In this document: positions 41,201 to 53,879 of the stretch, piece by piece
Layout of the letters: the number at the start of each line of letters is the position of its first letter
How positions within the stretch are numbered: the first letter of the stretch is position 1
Source: Auanema rhodensis
Lineage: Eukaryota > Animalia > Nematoda
Assembly: GCA_964057225.1 (NCBI GenBank)
Contig: OZ059900.1
Location: forward strand, 25,668,001 to 25,732,000
DNA length: 64,000 nucleotides
Direction: 5' to 3'
The notes under the pieces: model-generated
Databases searched by the model: none
Told to the model about the DNA's origin: nothing
The model's input: the letters and a program-made list of their open reading frames with translations, nothing else
Program-made: the position numbers and the translations under genes

Positions 41201-44200
41201 ACTAGACGTTGTACGAACAGTTTTGAGCTAGGTTTCATTGACATTGCATGAGTTTGAACACATGAAATCGTAAGTCAAAACCTTGTTTACAGCGAAATTT
41301 CCAAAAACTGGTTTTCCAGCATAATAAAATATTTCTCATGGGAAATACTGTGTTTTTGTATTTTTCTAGTGTTCAGCATGTAAAATGCTTTATTTTAATA
41401 TGTAACACGCTGGAATTCGTTGCATTTGACGACTCATATGAACAAAAATCGATTTAATCAATATTAGCCATAAGGGGCGTGCCCTCAGAATATGCTAATT
41501 TCCTTAATTTTCTAACCCCTGTTTTTTTGTCGTGAAAGTGGAACTAGACGTTGTACGAACAATTTTGAGCTAAGTTTCATTGACATTGCATGAGTTTGAA
41601 CACATGAAATCGTAAGTCAAAACCTTGTTTACATCGAAATTTCCAAAAACTGGTTTTCCAGCATAATAAAATATTTCTCATGAGAAATACTGTGTTTTTG
41701 TATTTTTTTAATGTTCAGCATGTAGAATGGTTCATTTTGATATGTAAAACGCTGAAATTCGTTGCATTTGACGACTCATATGAACAAAAATCGATTTTAT
41801 CAATATTAGCCATAAGGGGCGTGCCCTCAGAATATGCTAATTTCCTTAATTTTCTAACCCCTGTTTTTTTGTCGTGAAAGTGGAACTAGACGTTGTACGA
41901 ACAATTTTGAGCTAGGTTTCATTGACATTGCATGAGTTTGAACACATGAAATCGTAAGTCAAAACCTTGTTTACAGCGAAATTTCCAAAAACTGGTTTTC
42001 CAGCATAATAAAATATTTCTCATGGGAAATACAGTGTTTTTGTATTTTTTTAGTGTTCAGCATGTAGAATGCTTCATTTTAGTATGTAACACGCTGAAAT
42101 TCGTTGCATTTGACGACTCATATGAACAAAAATCGATTTAATCAATATTAGCCATAAGGGGCGTGCCCTCAGAATATGCTAATTTCCTTAATTTTCTAAC
42201 CCCTGTTTTTTGTCGTGAAAGTGGAACTAGACGTTGTACGAACAATTTTGAGCTAGGTTTCATTGACATTGCATGAGTTTGAACACATGAAATCGTAAGT
42301 CAAAACCTTGTTTACAGCGAAATTTCCAAAAACTGGTTTTCCAGCATAATACAATATTTCTCATGGGAAATACTGTGTTTTTGTATTTTTCTAGTGTTCA
42401 GAATGTAGAATGCTTCATTTTAGTATGTAACACGCTGAAATTCGTTGCATTTGACGACTCATATGAACAAAAATCGATTTAATCAATATTAGCCATAAGG
42501 AGCGTGCCCTCAGAATATGCTAATTTCCTTAATTTTCTAACCCCTGTTTTTTTGTCGTGAAAGTGGAACTAGACGTTGTACGAACAATTTTGAGCTAGGT
42601 TTCATTGACATTGCATGAGTTTGAACACATGAAATCGTAAGTCAAAACCTTGTTTACAGCGAAATTTCCAAAAACTGGTTTTCCAGCATAATAAAATATT
42701 TCTCATGGGAAATACTGTGTTTTTGTATTTTTTTAGTGTTCAGCATGTAAAATGCGTCATTTTAGTATGTAAAACGCTGAAATTCGTTGCATTTGACGAC
42801 TCATATGAACAAAAAGCGATTTAATCAATATTATCCATAAGGGGCGTGCCCTCAGAATATGCTAATTTCCTTAATTTTCTAACCCCTGTTTTTTTGTCGT
42901 GAAAGTGGAACTAGACGTTGTACGAACAATTTTGAGCTAGGTTTCATTGACATTGCATGAGTTTGAACACATGCAATCGTAAGTCAAAACCTTGTTTACA
43001 GCGAAATTTCCAAAAACTGGTTTTCCAGCATAATAAATTATTTCTCATGGGAAATACTGTGTTTTTGTATTTTTCTAGTGTTCAGCATGTAGAATGCTTC
43101 ATTTTAGTATGTAACACGCTGAAATTCGTTGCATTTGACGACTCATATGAACAAAAATCGATTTAATCAATATTAGCCATAAGGGGCGTGCCCTCAGAAT
43201 ATGCTAATTTCCTTAATTTTCTAACCCCTGTTTTTTTGTCGTGAAAGTGGAACTAGACGTTGTACGAACAATTTTGAGCTAGGTTTCATTGACATTGCAT
43301 GAGTTTGAACACATGAAATCGTAAGTCAAAACCTTGTTTACAGCGAAATTTCCAAAAACTGGTTTTCCAGCATAATAAAATATTTCTCATGGGAAATACT
43401 GTGTTTTTGTATTTTTCTAGTGTTCAGCATGTAAAATGCTTCATTTTAGTATGTAACACGCTGAAATTCGTTGCATTTGACGACTCATATGAACAAAAAT
43501 CGATTTAATCAATATTAGCCATAAGGGGCGTGCCCTCAGAATATGCTAATTTCCTTAATTTTCTAACCCCTGTTTTTTTGTTGTGAAAGTGGAACTAGAC
43601 GTTGTACGAACAATTTTGAGCTAGGTTTCATTGACATTGCATGAGTTTGAACAAATGAAATCGTAAGTCAAAACCTTGTTTACATCGAAATTTCCAAAAA
43701 CTGGTTTTCCAGCATAATAAAATATTTCTCATGGGAAATACTGTGTTTTTGTATTTTTTTAGTGTTCAGCATGTAAAATGCGTCATTTTAGTATGTAAAA
43801 CGCTGAAATTCGTTGCATTTGACGACTCATATGAACAAAAATCGATTTTATCAATATTAGCCATAAGGGGCGTGCCCTCAGAATATGCTAATTTCCTTAA
43901 TTTTCTAACCCCTGTTTTTTTGTCGTGAAAGTGGAACTAGACGTTGTACAAACAATTTTGAGCTAGGTTTCATTGACATTGCATGAGTTTGAACACATGA
44001 AATCGTAAGTCAAAACCTTGTTTACAGCGAAATTTCCAAAAACTGGTTTTCCAGCATAATACAATATTTCTCATGGGAAATACTGTGTTTTTATATTTTT
44101 CTAGTGTTCAGCATGTAAAATGCTTCATTTTAGTATGTAACACGCTGAAATTCGTTGCATTTGACGACTCATATGAACAAAAATTGATTTAATCAATATT

Positions 44201-46005
44201 AGCCATAAGGGGCGTGCCCTCAGAATATGCTAATTTCCTTAATTTTCTAACCCCTGTTTTTTTGTCGTGAAAGTGGAACTAGACGTTGTACGAACAATTT
44301 TGAGCTAGTTTTCATTGACATTGCATGAGTTTGAACACATGCAATCGTAAGTCAAAACCTTGTTTACAGCGAAATTTCCAAAAACTGGTTTTCCAGCATA
44401 ATAAAATATTTCTCATGGGAAAAACTGTGTTTTTGTATTTTTTTAATGTTCAGCATGTAGAATGCTTCATTTTGATATGTAAAACGCTGAAATTCGTTGC
44501 ATTTGACGACTCATATGAACAAAAATCGATTTTATCAATATTAGCCATAAGGGGCGTGCCCTCAGAATATGCTAATTTCCTTAATTTTCTAACCCCTGTT
44601 TTTTTGTCGTGAAAGTGGAACTAGACGTTGTACGAACAATTTTGAGCTAGGTTTCATTGACATTGCACGAGTTTGAACACATGAAATCGTAAGTCAAAAC
44701 CTTGTTTACAGCGAAATTTCCAAAAACTGGTTTTCCAGCATAATAAAATATTTCTCATGGGAAATACAGTGTTTTTGTATTTTTTTAGTGTTCAGCATGT
44801 AAAATGCTTTATTTTAATATGTAACACGCTGAAATTCGTTGCATTTGACGACTCATATGAACAAAAATCGATTTAATCAATATTAGCCATAAGGGGCGTG
44901 CCCTCAGAATATGCTAATTTCCTTAATTTTCTAACCCCTGTTTTTTTGTCGTGAAAGTGGAACTAGACGTTGTACGAACAATTTTGAGCTAAGTTTCATT
45001 GACATTGCATGAGTTTGAACACATGAAATCGTAAGTCAAAACCTTGTTTACATCGAAATTTCCAAAAACTGGTTTTCCAGCATAATAAAATATTTCTCAT
45101 GAGAAATACTGTGTTTTTGTATTTTTTTAATGTTCAGCATGTAAAATGCTTCATTTTGATATGTGAAACGCTGAAATTCGTTGCATTTGACGACTCATAT
45201 GAACAAAAATCGATTTTATCAATATTAGCCATAAGGGGCGTGCCCTCAGAATATGCTAATTTCCTTAATTTTCTAACCCCTGTTTTTTTGTCGTGAAAGT
45301 GGAACTAGACGTTGTACGAACAATTTTGAGCTAGGTTTCATTGACATTGCATGAGTTTGAAAAAATGAAATCGTAAGTCAAAACCTTGTTTACAGCGAAA
45401 TTTCCAAAAACTGGTTTTCCAGCATAATAAAATATTTCTCAAGGGAAAAACTGTGTTTTTATATTTTTCTAGTGTTCAGCATGTAAAATGCTTCATTTTA
45501 GTATGTAACACGCTGAAATTCCTTGCATTTGACGACTCATATGAACAAAAATCGATTTAATCAATATTAACCATAAGGGGCGTGCCCTCAGAATATGCTA
45601 ATTTCCTTAATTTTCTAACCCCTGTTTTTTTGTCGTGAAAGTGGAACTAGACGTTGTACGAACAATTTTGAGCTAGGTTTCATTGACATTGCATGAGTTT
45701 GAACACATGAAATCGTAAGTCAAAACCTTGTTTACAGCGAAATTTCCAAAAACTGGTTTTCCAGCATAATACAATATTTCTCATGGGAAATACTGTGTTT
45801 TTATATTTTTCTAGTGTTCAGCATGTAAAATGCTTCATTTTAGTATGTAACACGCTGAAATTCGTTGCATTTGACGACTCATATGAACAAAAATCGATTT
45901 TATCAATATTAGCCATAAGGGGCGTGCCCTCAGAATATGCTAATTTCCTTAATTTTCTAACCCCTGTTTTTTTGTCGTGAAAGTGGAACTAGACGTTGTA
46001 CGAAC
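35650..46005. repeat. 15-mer tandem duplication (5129-bp unit, 2 copies, apparently identical)
   Basis: ORF pairs 36551/41680, 37828/42957, 38602/43731, 39196/44325, 39970/45099 and 40654/45783. Private SNPs (gaatggttc, gctagtttt, ttgcacgag) occur in both copies. Confidence 0.93.
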
Positions 46006-49000
46006 AGTTCTGAGCTAGGTTTCATTGACATTGCATGAGTTTGAACACATGAAATCGTAAGTCAAAACCTTGTTTACAGCGAAATTTCCAAAAACTGGTT
46101 TTCCAGCATAATAAAATATTTCTCATGGGAAATACTGTGTTTTTGTATTTTTCTAGTGTTCAGCATGTAAAATGCTTCATTTTAGTATGTAACACGCTGA
46201 AATTCGTTGCATTTGACGACTCATATGAACAAAAATCGATTTAATCAATATTAGCCATAAGGGGCGTGCCCTCAGAATATGCTAATTTCCTTAATTTTCT
46301 AACCCCTGTTTTTTTGTCGTGAAAGTGGAACTAGACGTTGTACGAACAATTTTGAGCTAGGTTTCATTGACATTGCATGAGTTTGAACACATGAAATCGT
46401 AAGTCAAAACCTTGTTTACAGCGAAATTTCCAAAAACTGGTTTTCCAGCATAATACAATATTTCTCATGGGAAATACTGTGTTTTTATATTTTTCTAGTG
46501 TTCAGCATGTAAAATGCTTCATTTTAGTATGTAACACGCTGAAATTCGTTGCATTTGACGACTCATATGAACAAAAATCGATTTTATCAATATTAGCCAT
46601 AAGGGGCGTGCCCTCAGAATATGCTAATTTCCTTAATTTTCTAACCCCTGTTTTTTTGTCGTGAAAGTGGAACTAGACGTTGTACGAACAGTTCTGAGCT
46701 AGGTTTCATTGACATTGCATGAGTTTGAACACATGAAATCGTAAGTCAAAACCTTGTTTACAGCGAAATTTCCAAAAACTGGTTTTCCAGCATAATAAAA
46801 TATTTCTCATGGGAAATACTGTGTTTTTGTATTTTTCTAGTGTTCAGCATGTAAAATGCTTCATTTTAGTATGTAACACGCTGAAATTCGTTGCATTTGA
46901 CGACTCATATGAACAAAAATCGATTTAATCAATATTAGCCATAAGGGGCGTGCCCTCAGAATATGCTAATTTCCTTAATTTTCTAACCCCTGTTTTTTTG
47001 TCGTGAAAGTGGAACTAGACGTTGTACGAACAATTTTGAGCTAGGTTTCATTGACATTGCATGAGTTTGAACACATGAAATCGTAAGTCAAAACCTTGTT
47101 TACAGCGAAATTTCCAAAAACTGGTTTTCCAGCATAATAAAATATTTCTCATGGGAAATACAGTGTTTTTGTATTTTTTTAGTGTTCAGCATGTAAAATG
47201 CGTCATTTTAGTATGTAAAACGCTGAAATTCGTTGCATTTGACGACTCATATGAACAAAAATCGATTTTATCAATATTAGCCATAAGGGGCGTGCCCTCA
47301 GATAATGCTAATTTCCTTAATTTTCTAACCCCTGTTTTTTTGTCGTGAAAGTGGAACTAGACGTTGTACGAACAATTTTGAGCTAGGTTTCATTGACATT
47401 GCATGAGTTTGAACACATGAAATCGTAAGTCAAAACCTTGTTTACAGCGAAATTTCCAAAAACTGGTTTTCCAGCATAATAAAATATTTCTCAAGGGAAA
47501 AACTGTGTTTTTATATTTTTCTAGTGTTCAGCATGTAAAATGCTTCATTTTAGTATGTAACACGGTGAAATTCCTTGCATTTGACGACTCATATGAACAA
47601 AAATTGATTTAATCAATATTAGCCATAAGGGGCGTGCCCTCAGAATATGCTAATTTCCTTAATTTTCTAACCCCTGTTTTTTTGTCGTGAAAGTGGAACT
47701 AGACGTTGTACGAACAATTTTGAGCTAGGTTTCATTGACATTGCATGAGTTTGAACACATGCAATCGTAAGTCAAAACCTTGTTTACAGCGAAATTTCCA
47801 AAAACTGGTTTTCCAGCATAATAAAATATTTCTCATGGGAAAAACTGTGTTTTTGTATTTTTTTAATGTTCAGCATGTAGAATGCTTCATTTTGATATGT
47901 AAAACGCTGAAATTCGTTGCATTTGACGACTCATATGAACAAAAATCGATTTTATCAATATTAGCCATAAGGGGCGTGCCCTCAGAATATGCTAATTTCC
48001 TTAATTTTCTAACCCCTGTTTTTTTGTCGTGAAAGTGGAACTAGACGTTGTACGAACAATTTTGAGCTAGGTTTCATTGACATTGCATGAGTTTGAACAC
48101 ATGAAATCGTAAGTCAAAACCTTGTTTACAGCGAAATTTCCAAAAACTGGTTTTCCAGCATAATAAAATATTTCTCATGGGAAATACAGTGTTTTTGTAT
48201 TTTTTTAGTGTTCAGCATGTAAAATGCTTTATTTTAATATGTAACACGCTGAAATTCGTTGCATTTGACGACTCATATGAACAAAAATCGATTTAATCAA
48301 TATTAGCCATAAGGGGCGTGCCCTCAGAATATGCTAATTTCCTTAATTTTCTAACCCCTGTTTTTTTGTCGTGAAAGTGGAACTAGACGTTGTACGAACA
48401 ATTTTGAGCTAAGTTTCATTGACATTGCATGAGTTTGAACACATGAAATCGTAAGTCAAAACCTTGTTTACATCGAAATTTCCAAAAACTGGTTTTCCAG
48501 CATAATAAAATATTTCTCATGAGAAATACTGTGTTTTTGTATTTTTTTAATGTTCAGCATGTAAAATGCTTCATTTTGATATGTAAAACGCTGAAATTCG
48601 TTGCATTTGACGACTCATATGAACAAAAATCGATTTTATCAATATTAGCCATAAGGGGCGTGCCCTCAGAATATGCTAATTTCCTTAATTTTCTAACCCC
48701 TGTTTTTTTGTCGTGAAAGTGGAACTAGACGTTGTACGAACAATTTTGAGCTAGGTTTCATTGACATTGCATGAGTTTGAACACATGAAATCGTAAGTCA
48801 AAACCTTGTTTACAGCGAAATTTCCAAAAACTGGTTTTCCAGCATAATAAAATATTTCTCATGGGAAATACAGTGTTTTTGTATTTTTTTAGTGTTCAGC
48901 ATGTAAAATGCGTCATTTTAGTATGTAAAACGCTGAAATTCGTTGCATTTGACGACTCATATGAACAAAAATCGATTTTATCAATATTAGCCATAAGGGG

Positions 49001-51750
49001 CGTGCCCTCAGATAATGCTAATTTCCTTAATTTTCTAACCCCTGTTTTTTTGTCGTGAAAGTGGAACTAGACGTTGTACGAACAATTTTGAGCTAGGTTT
49101 CATTGACATTGCATGAGTTTGAACACATGAAATCGTAAGTCAAAACCTTGTTTACAGCGAAATTTCCAAAAACTGGTTTTCCAGCATAATAAAATATTTC
49201 TCAAGGGAAAAACTGTGTTTTTATATTTTTCTAGTGTTCAGCATGTAAAATGCTTCATTTTAGTATGTAACACGGTGAAATTCCTTGCATTTGACGACTC
49301 ATATGAACAAAAATTGATTTAATCAATATTAGCCATAAGGGGCGTGCCCTCAGAATATGCTAATTTCCTTAATTTTCTAACCCCTGTTTTTTTGTCGTGA
49401 AAGTGGAACTAGACGTTGTACAAACAATTTTGAGCTAGGTTTCATTGACATTGCATGAGTTTGAACACATGAAATCGTAAGTCAAAACCTTGTTTACAGC
49501 GAAATTTCCAAAAACTGGTTTTCCAGCATAATACAATATTTCTCATGGGAAATACTGTGTTTTTATATTTTTCTAGTGTTCAGCATGTAAAATGCTTCAT
49601 TTTAGTATGTAACACGCTGAAATTCGTTGCATTTGACGACTCATATGAACAAAAATCGATTTTATCAATATTAGCCATAAGGGGCGTGCCCTCAGAATAT
49701 GCTAATTTCCTTAATTTTCTAACCCCTGTTTTTTTGTCGTGAAAGTGGAACTAGACGTCGTACGAACAATTTTGAGCTAGGTTTCATTGACATTGCATGA
49801 GTTTGAACACATGCAATCGTAAGTCAAAACCTTGTTTACAGCGAAATTTCCAAAAACTGGTTTTCCAGCATAATAAAATATTTCTCATGGGAAAAACTGT
49901 GTTTTTGTATTTTTTTAATGTTCAGCATGTAGAATGCTTCATTTTGATATGTAAAACGCTGAAATTCGTTGCATTTGACGACTCATATGAACAAAAATCG
50001 ATTTTATCAATATTAGCCATAAGGGGCGTGCCCTCAGAATATGCTAATTTCCTTAATTTTCTAACCCCTGTTTTTTTGTCGTGAAAGTGGAACTAGACGT
50101 TGTACGAACAATTTTGAGCTAGGTTTCATTGACATTGCATGAGTTTGAACACATGAAATCGTAAGTCAAAACCTTGTTTACAGCGAAATTTCCAAAAACT
50201 GGTTTTCCAGCATAATAAAATATTTCTCATGGGAAATACAGTGTTTTTGTATTTTTTTAGTGTTCAGCATGTAAAATGCTTTATTTTAATATGTAACACG
50301 CTGAAATTCGTTGCATTTGACGACTCATATGAACAAAAATCGATTTAATCAATATTAGCCATAAGGGGCGTGCCCTCAGAATATGCTAATTTCCTTAATT
50401 TTCTAACCCCTGTTTTTTTGTCGTGAAAGTGGAACTAGACGTTGTACGAACAATTTTGAGCTAAGTTTCATTGACATTGCATGAGTTTGAACACATGAAA
50501 TCGTAAGTCAAAACCTTGTTTACATCGAAATTTCCAAAAACTGGTTTTCCAGCATAATAAAATATTTCTCATGAGAAATACTGTGTTTTTGTATTTTTTT
50601 AATGTTCAGCATGTAAAATGCTTCATTTTGATATGTAAAACGCTGAAATTCGTTGCATTTGACGACTCATATGAACAAAAATCGATTTTATCAATATTAG
50701 CCATAAGGGGCGTGCCCTCAGAATATGCTAATTTCCTTAATTTTCTAACCCCTGTTTTTTTGTCGTGAAAGTGGAACTAGACGTTGTACGAACAATTTTG
50801 AGCTAGGTTTCATTGACATTGCATGAGTTTGAAAAAATGAAATCGTAAGTCAAAACCTTGTTTACAGCGAAATTTCCAAAAACTGGTTTTCCAGCATAAT
50901 AAAATATTTCTCAAGGGAAAAACTGTGTTTTTATATTTTTCTAGTGTTCAGCATGTAAAATGCTTCATTTTAGTATGTAACACGCTGAAATTCCTTGCAT
51001 TTGACGACTCATATGAACAAAAATCGATTTAATCAATATTAACCATAAGGGGCGTGCCCTCAGAATATGCTAATTTCCTTAATTTTCTAACCCCTGTTTT
51101 TTTGTCGTGAAAGTGGAACTAGACGTTGTACGAACAATTTTGAGCTAGGTTTCATTGACATTGCATGAGTTTGAACACATGAAATCGTAAGTCAAAACCT
51201 TGTTTACAGCGAAATTTCCAAAAACTGGTTTTCCAGCATAATAAAATATTTCTCATGGGAAATACAGTGTTTTTGTATTTTTTTAGTGTTCAGCATGTAA
51301 AATGCGTCATTTTAGTATGTAAAACGCTGAAATTCGTTGCATTTGACGACTCATATGAACAAAAATCGATTTTATCAATATTAGCCATAAGGGGCGTGCC
51401 CTCAGATAATGCTAATTTCCTTAATTTTCTAACCCCTGTTTTTTTGTCGTGAAAGTGGAACTAGACGTTGTACGAACAATTTTGAGCTAGGTTTCATTGA
51501 CATTGCATGAGTTTGAACACATGAAATCGTAAGTCAAAACCTTGTTTACAGCGAAATTTCCAAAAACTGGTTTTCCAGCATAATAAAATATTTCTCAAGG
51601 GAAAAACTGTGTTTTTATATTTTTCTAGTGTTCAGCATGTAAAATGCTTCATTTTAGTATGTAACACGGTGAAATTCCTTGCATTTGACGACTCATATGA
51701 ACAAAAATCGATTTTATCAATATTAGCCATAAGGGGCGTGCCCTCAGAAT
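45780..51750. repeat. Patchwork of short duplications at 2-, 5-, 6- and 7-monomer offsets
   Basis: cagttctg follows monomers 45783 and 46467 (+684). The cagataatgc unit plus the caaggg/cacggtg unit occur at 47151, 48861 (+1710) and 51255 (+2394). ORFs 47745/49797 and 48519/50571 pair at +2052. Confidence 0.8.
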
Positions 51751-53879
51751 ATGCTAATTTCCTTAATTTTCTAACCCCTGTTTTTTTGTCGTGAAAGTGG
51801 AACTAGACGTTGTACGAACAATTTTGAGCTAGGTTTCATTGACATTGCATGAGTTTGAACACATGAAATCGTAAGTCAAAACCTTGTTTACAGCGAAATT
51901 TCCAAAAACTGGTTTTCCAGCATAATAAAATATTTCTCATGGGAAATACTGTGTTTTTGTATTTTTCTAGTGTTCAGCATGTAAAATGCTTCATTTTAGT
52001 ATGTAACACGCTGAAATTCGTTGCATTTGACGACTCATATGAACAAAAATCGATTTAATCAATATTAGCCATAAGGGGCGTGCCCTCAGAATATGCTAAT
52101 TTCCTTAATTTTCTAACCCCTGTTTTTTTGTCGTGAAAGTGGAACTAGACGTTGTACGAACAATTTTGAGCTAGGTTTCATTGACATTGCATGAGTTTGA
52201 ACACATGAAATCGTAAGTCAAAACCTTGTTTACAGCGAAATTTCCAAAAACTGGTTTTCCAGCATAATACAATATTTCTCATGGGAAATACTGTGTTTTT
52301 GTATTTTTCTAGTGTTCAGAATGTAGAATGCTTCATTTTAGTACGTAACACGCTGAAATTCGTTGCATTTGACGACTCATATGAACAAAAATCGATTTAA
52401 TCAATATTAGCCATAAGGGGCGTGCCCTCAGAATATGCTAATTTCCTTAATTTTCTAACCCCTGTTTTTTTGTCGTGAAAGTGGAACTAGACGTTGTACG
52501 AACAATTTTGAGCTAGGTTTCATTGACATTGCATGAGTTTGAACACATGAAATCGTAAGTCAAAACCTTGTTTACAGCGAAATTTCCAAAAACTGGTTTT
52601 CCAGCATAATAAAATATTTCTCATGGGAAATACTGTGTTTTTGTATTTTTCTAGTGTTCAGCATGTGAAATGCTTCATTTTAGTATGTAACACGCTGAAA
52701 TTCGTTGCATTTGACGACTCATATGAACAAAAATCGATTTAATCAATATTAGCCATAAGGGGCGTGCCCTCAGAATATGCTAATTTCCTTAATTTTCTAA
52801 CCCCTGTTTTTTTGTCGTGAAAGTGGAACTAGACGTTGTACGAACAATTTTGAGCTAGGTTTCATTGACATTGCATGAGTTTGAACACATGAAATCGTAA
52901 GTCAAAACCTTGTTTACAGCGAAATTTCCAAAAACTGGTTTTCCAGCATAATAAAATATTTCTCATGGGAAATACAGTGTTTTTGTATTTTTTTAGTGTT
53001 CAGCATGTAAAATGCGTCATTTTAGTATGTAAAACGCTGAAATTCGTTGCATTTGACGACTCATATGAACAAAAATCGATTTTATCAATATTAGCCATAA
53101 GGGGCGTGCCCTCAGAATATGCTAATTTCCTTAATTTTCTAACCCCTGTTTTTTTGTCGTGAAAGTGGAACTAGACGTTGTACGAACAATTTTAAGCTAG
53201 GTTTCATTGACATTGCATGAGTTTGAACACATGAAATCGTAAGTCAAAACCTTGTTTACAGCGAAATTTCCAAAAACTGGTTTTCCAGCATAATACAATA
53301 TTTCTCATGGGAAATACTGTGTTTTTGTATTTTTTTAGTGTTCAGCATGTAAAATGCGTCATTTTAGTATGTAAAACGCTGAAATTCGTTGCATTTGACG
53401 ACTCATATGAACAAAAATCGATTTTATCAATATTAGCCATAAGGGGCGTGCCCTCAGAATATGCTAATTTCCTTAATTTTCTAACCCCTGTTTTTTTGTC
53501 GTGAAAGTGGAACTAGACGTTGTACGAACAATTTTGAGCTAGGTTTCATTGACATTGCATGAGTTTGAACACATGAAATCGTAAGTCAAAACCTTGTTTA
53601 CAGCGAAATTTCCAAAAACTGGTTTTCCAGCATAATACAATATTTCTCATGGGAAATACCGTGTTTTTGTATTTTTCTAGTGTTCAGAATGTAGAATGCT
53701 TCATTTTAGTACGTAACACGCTGAAATTCGTTGCATTTGACGACTCATATGAACAAAAATCGATTTAATCAATATTAGCCATAAGGGGCGTGCCCTCAGA
53801 ATATGCTAATTTCCTTAATTTTCTAACCCCTGTTTTTTTGTCGTGAAAGTGGAACTAGACGTTGTACGAACAATTTTGA

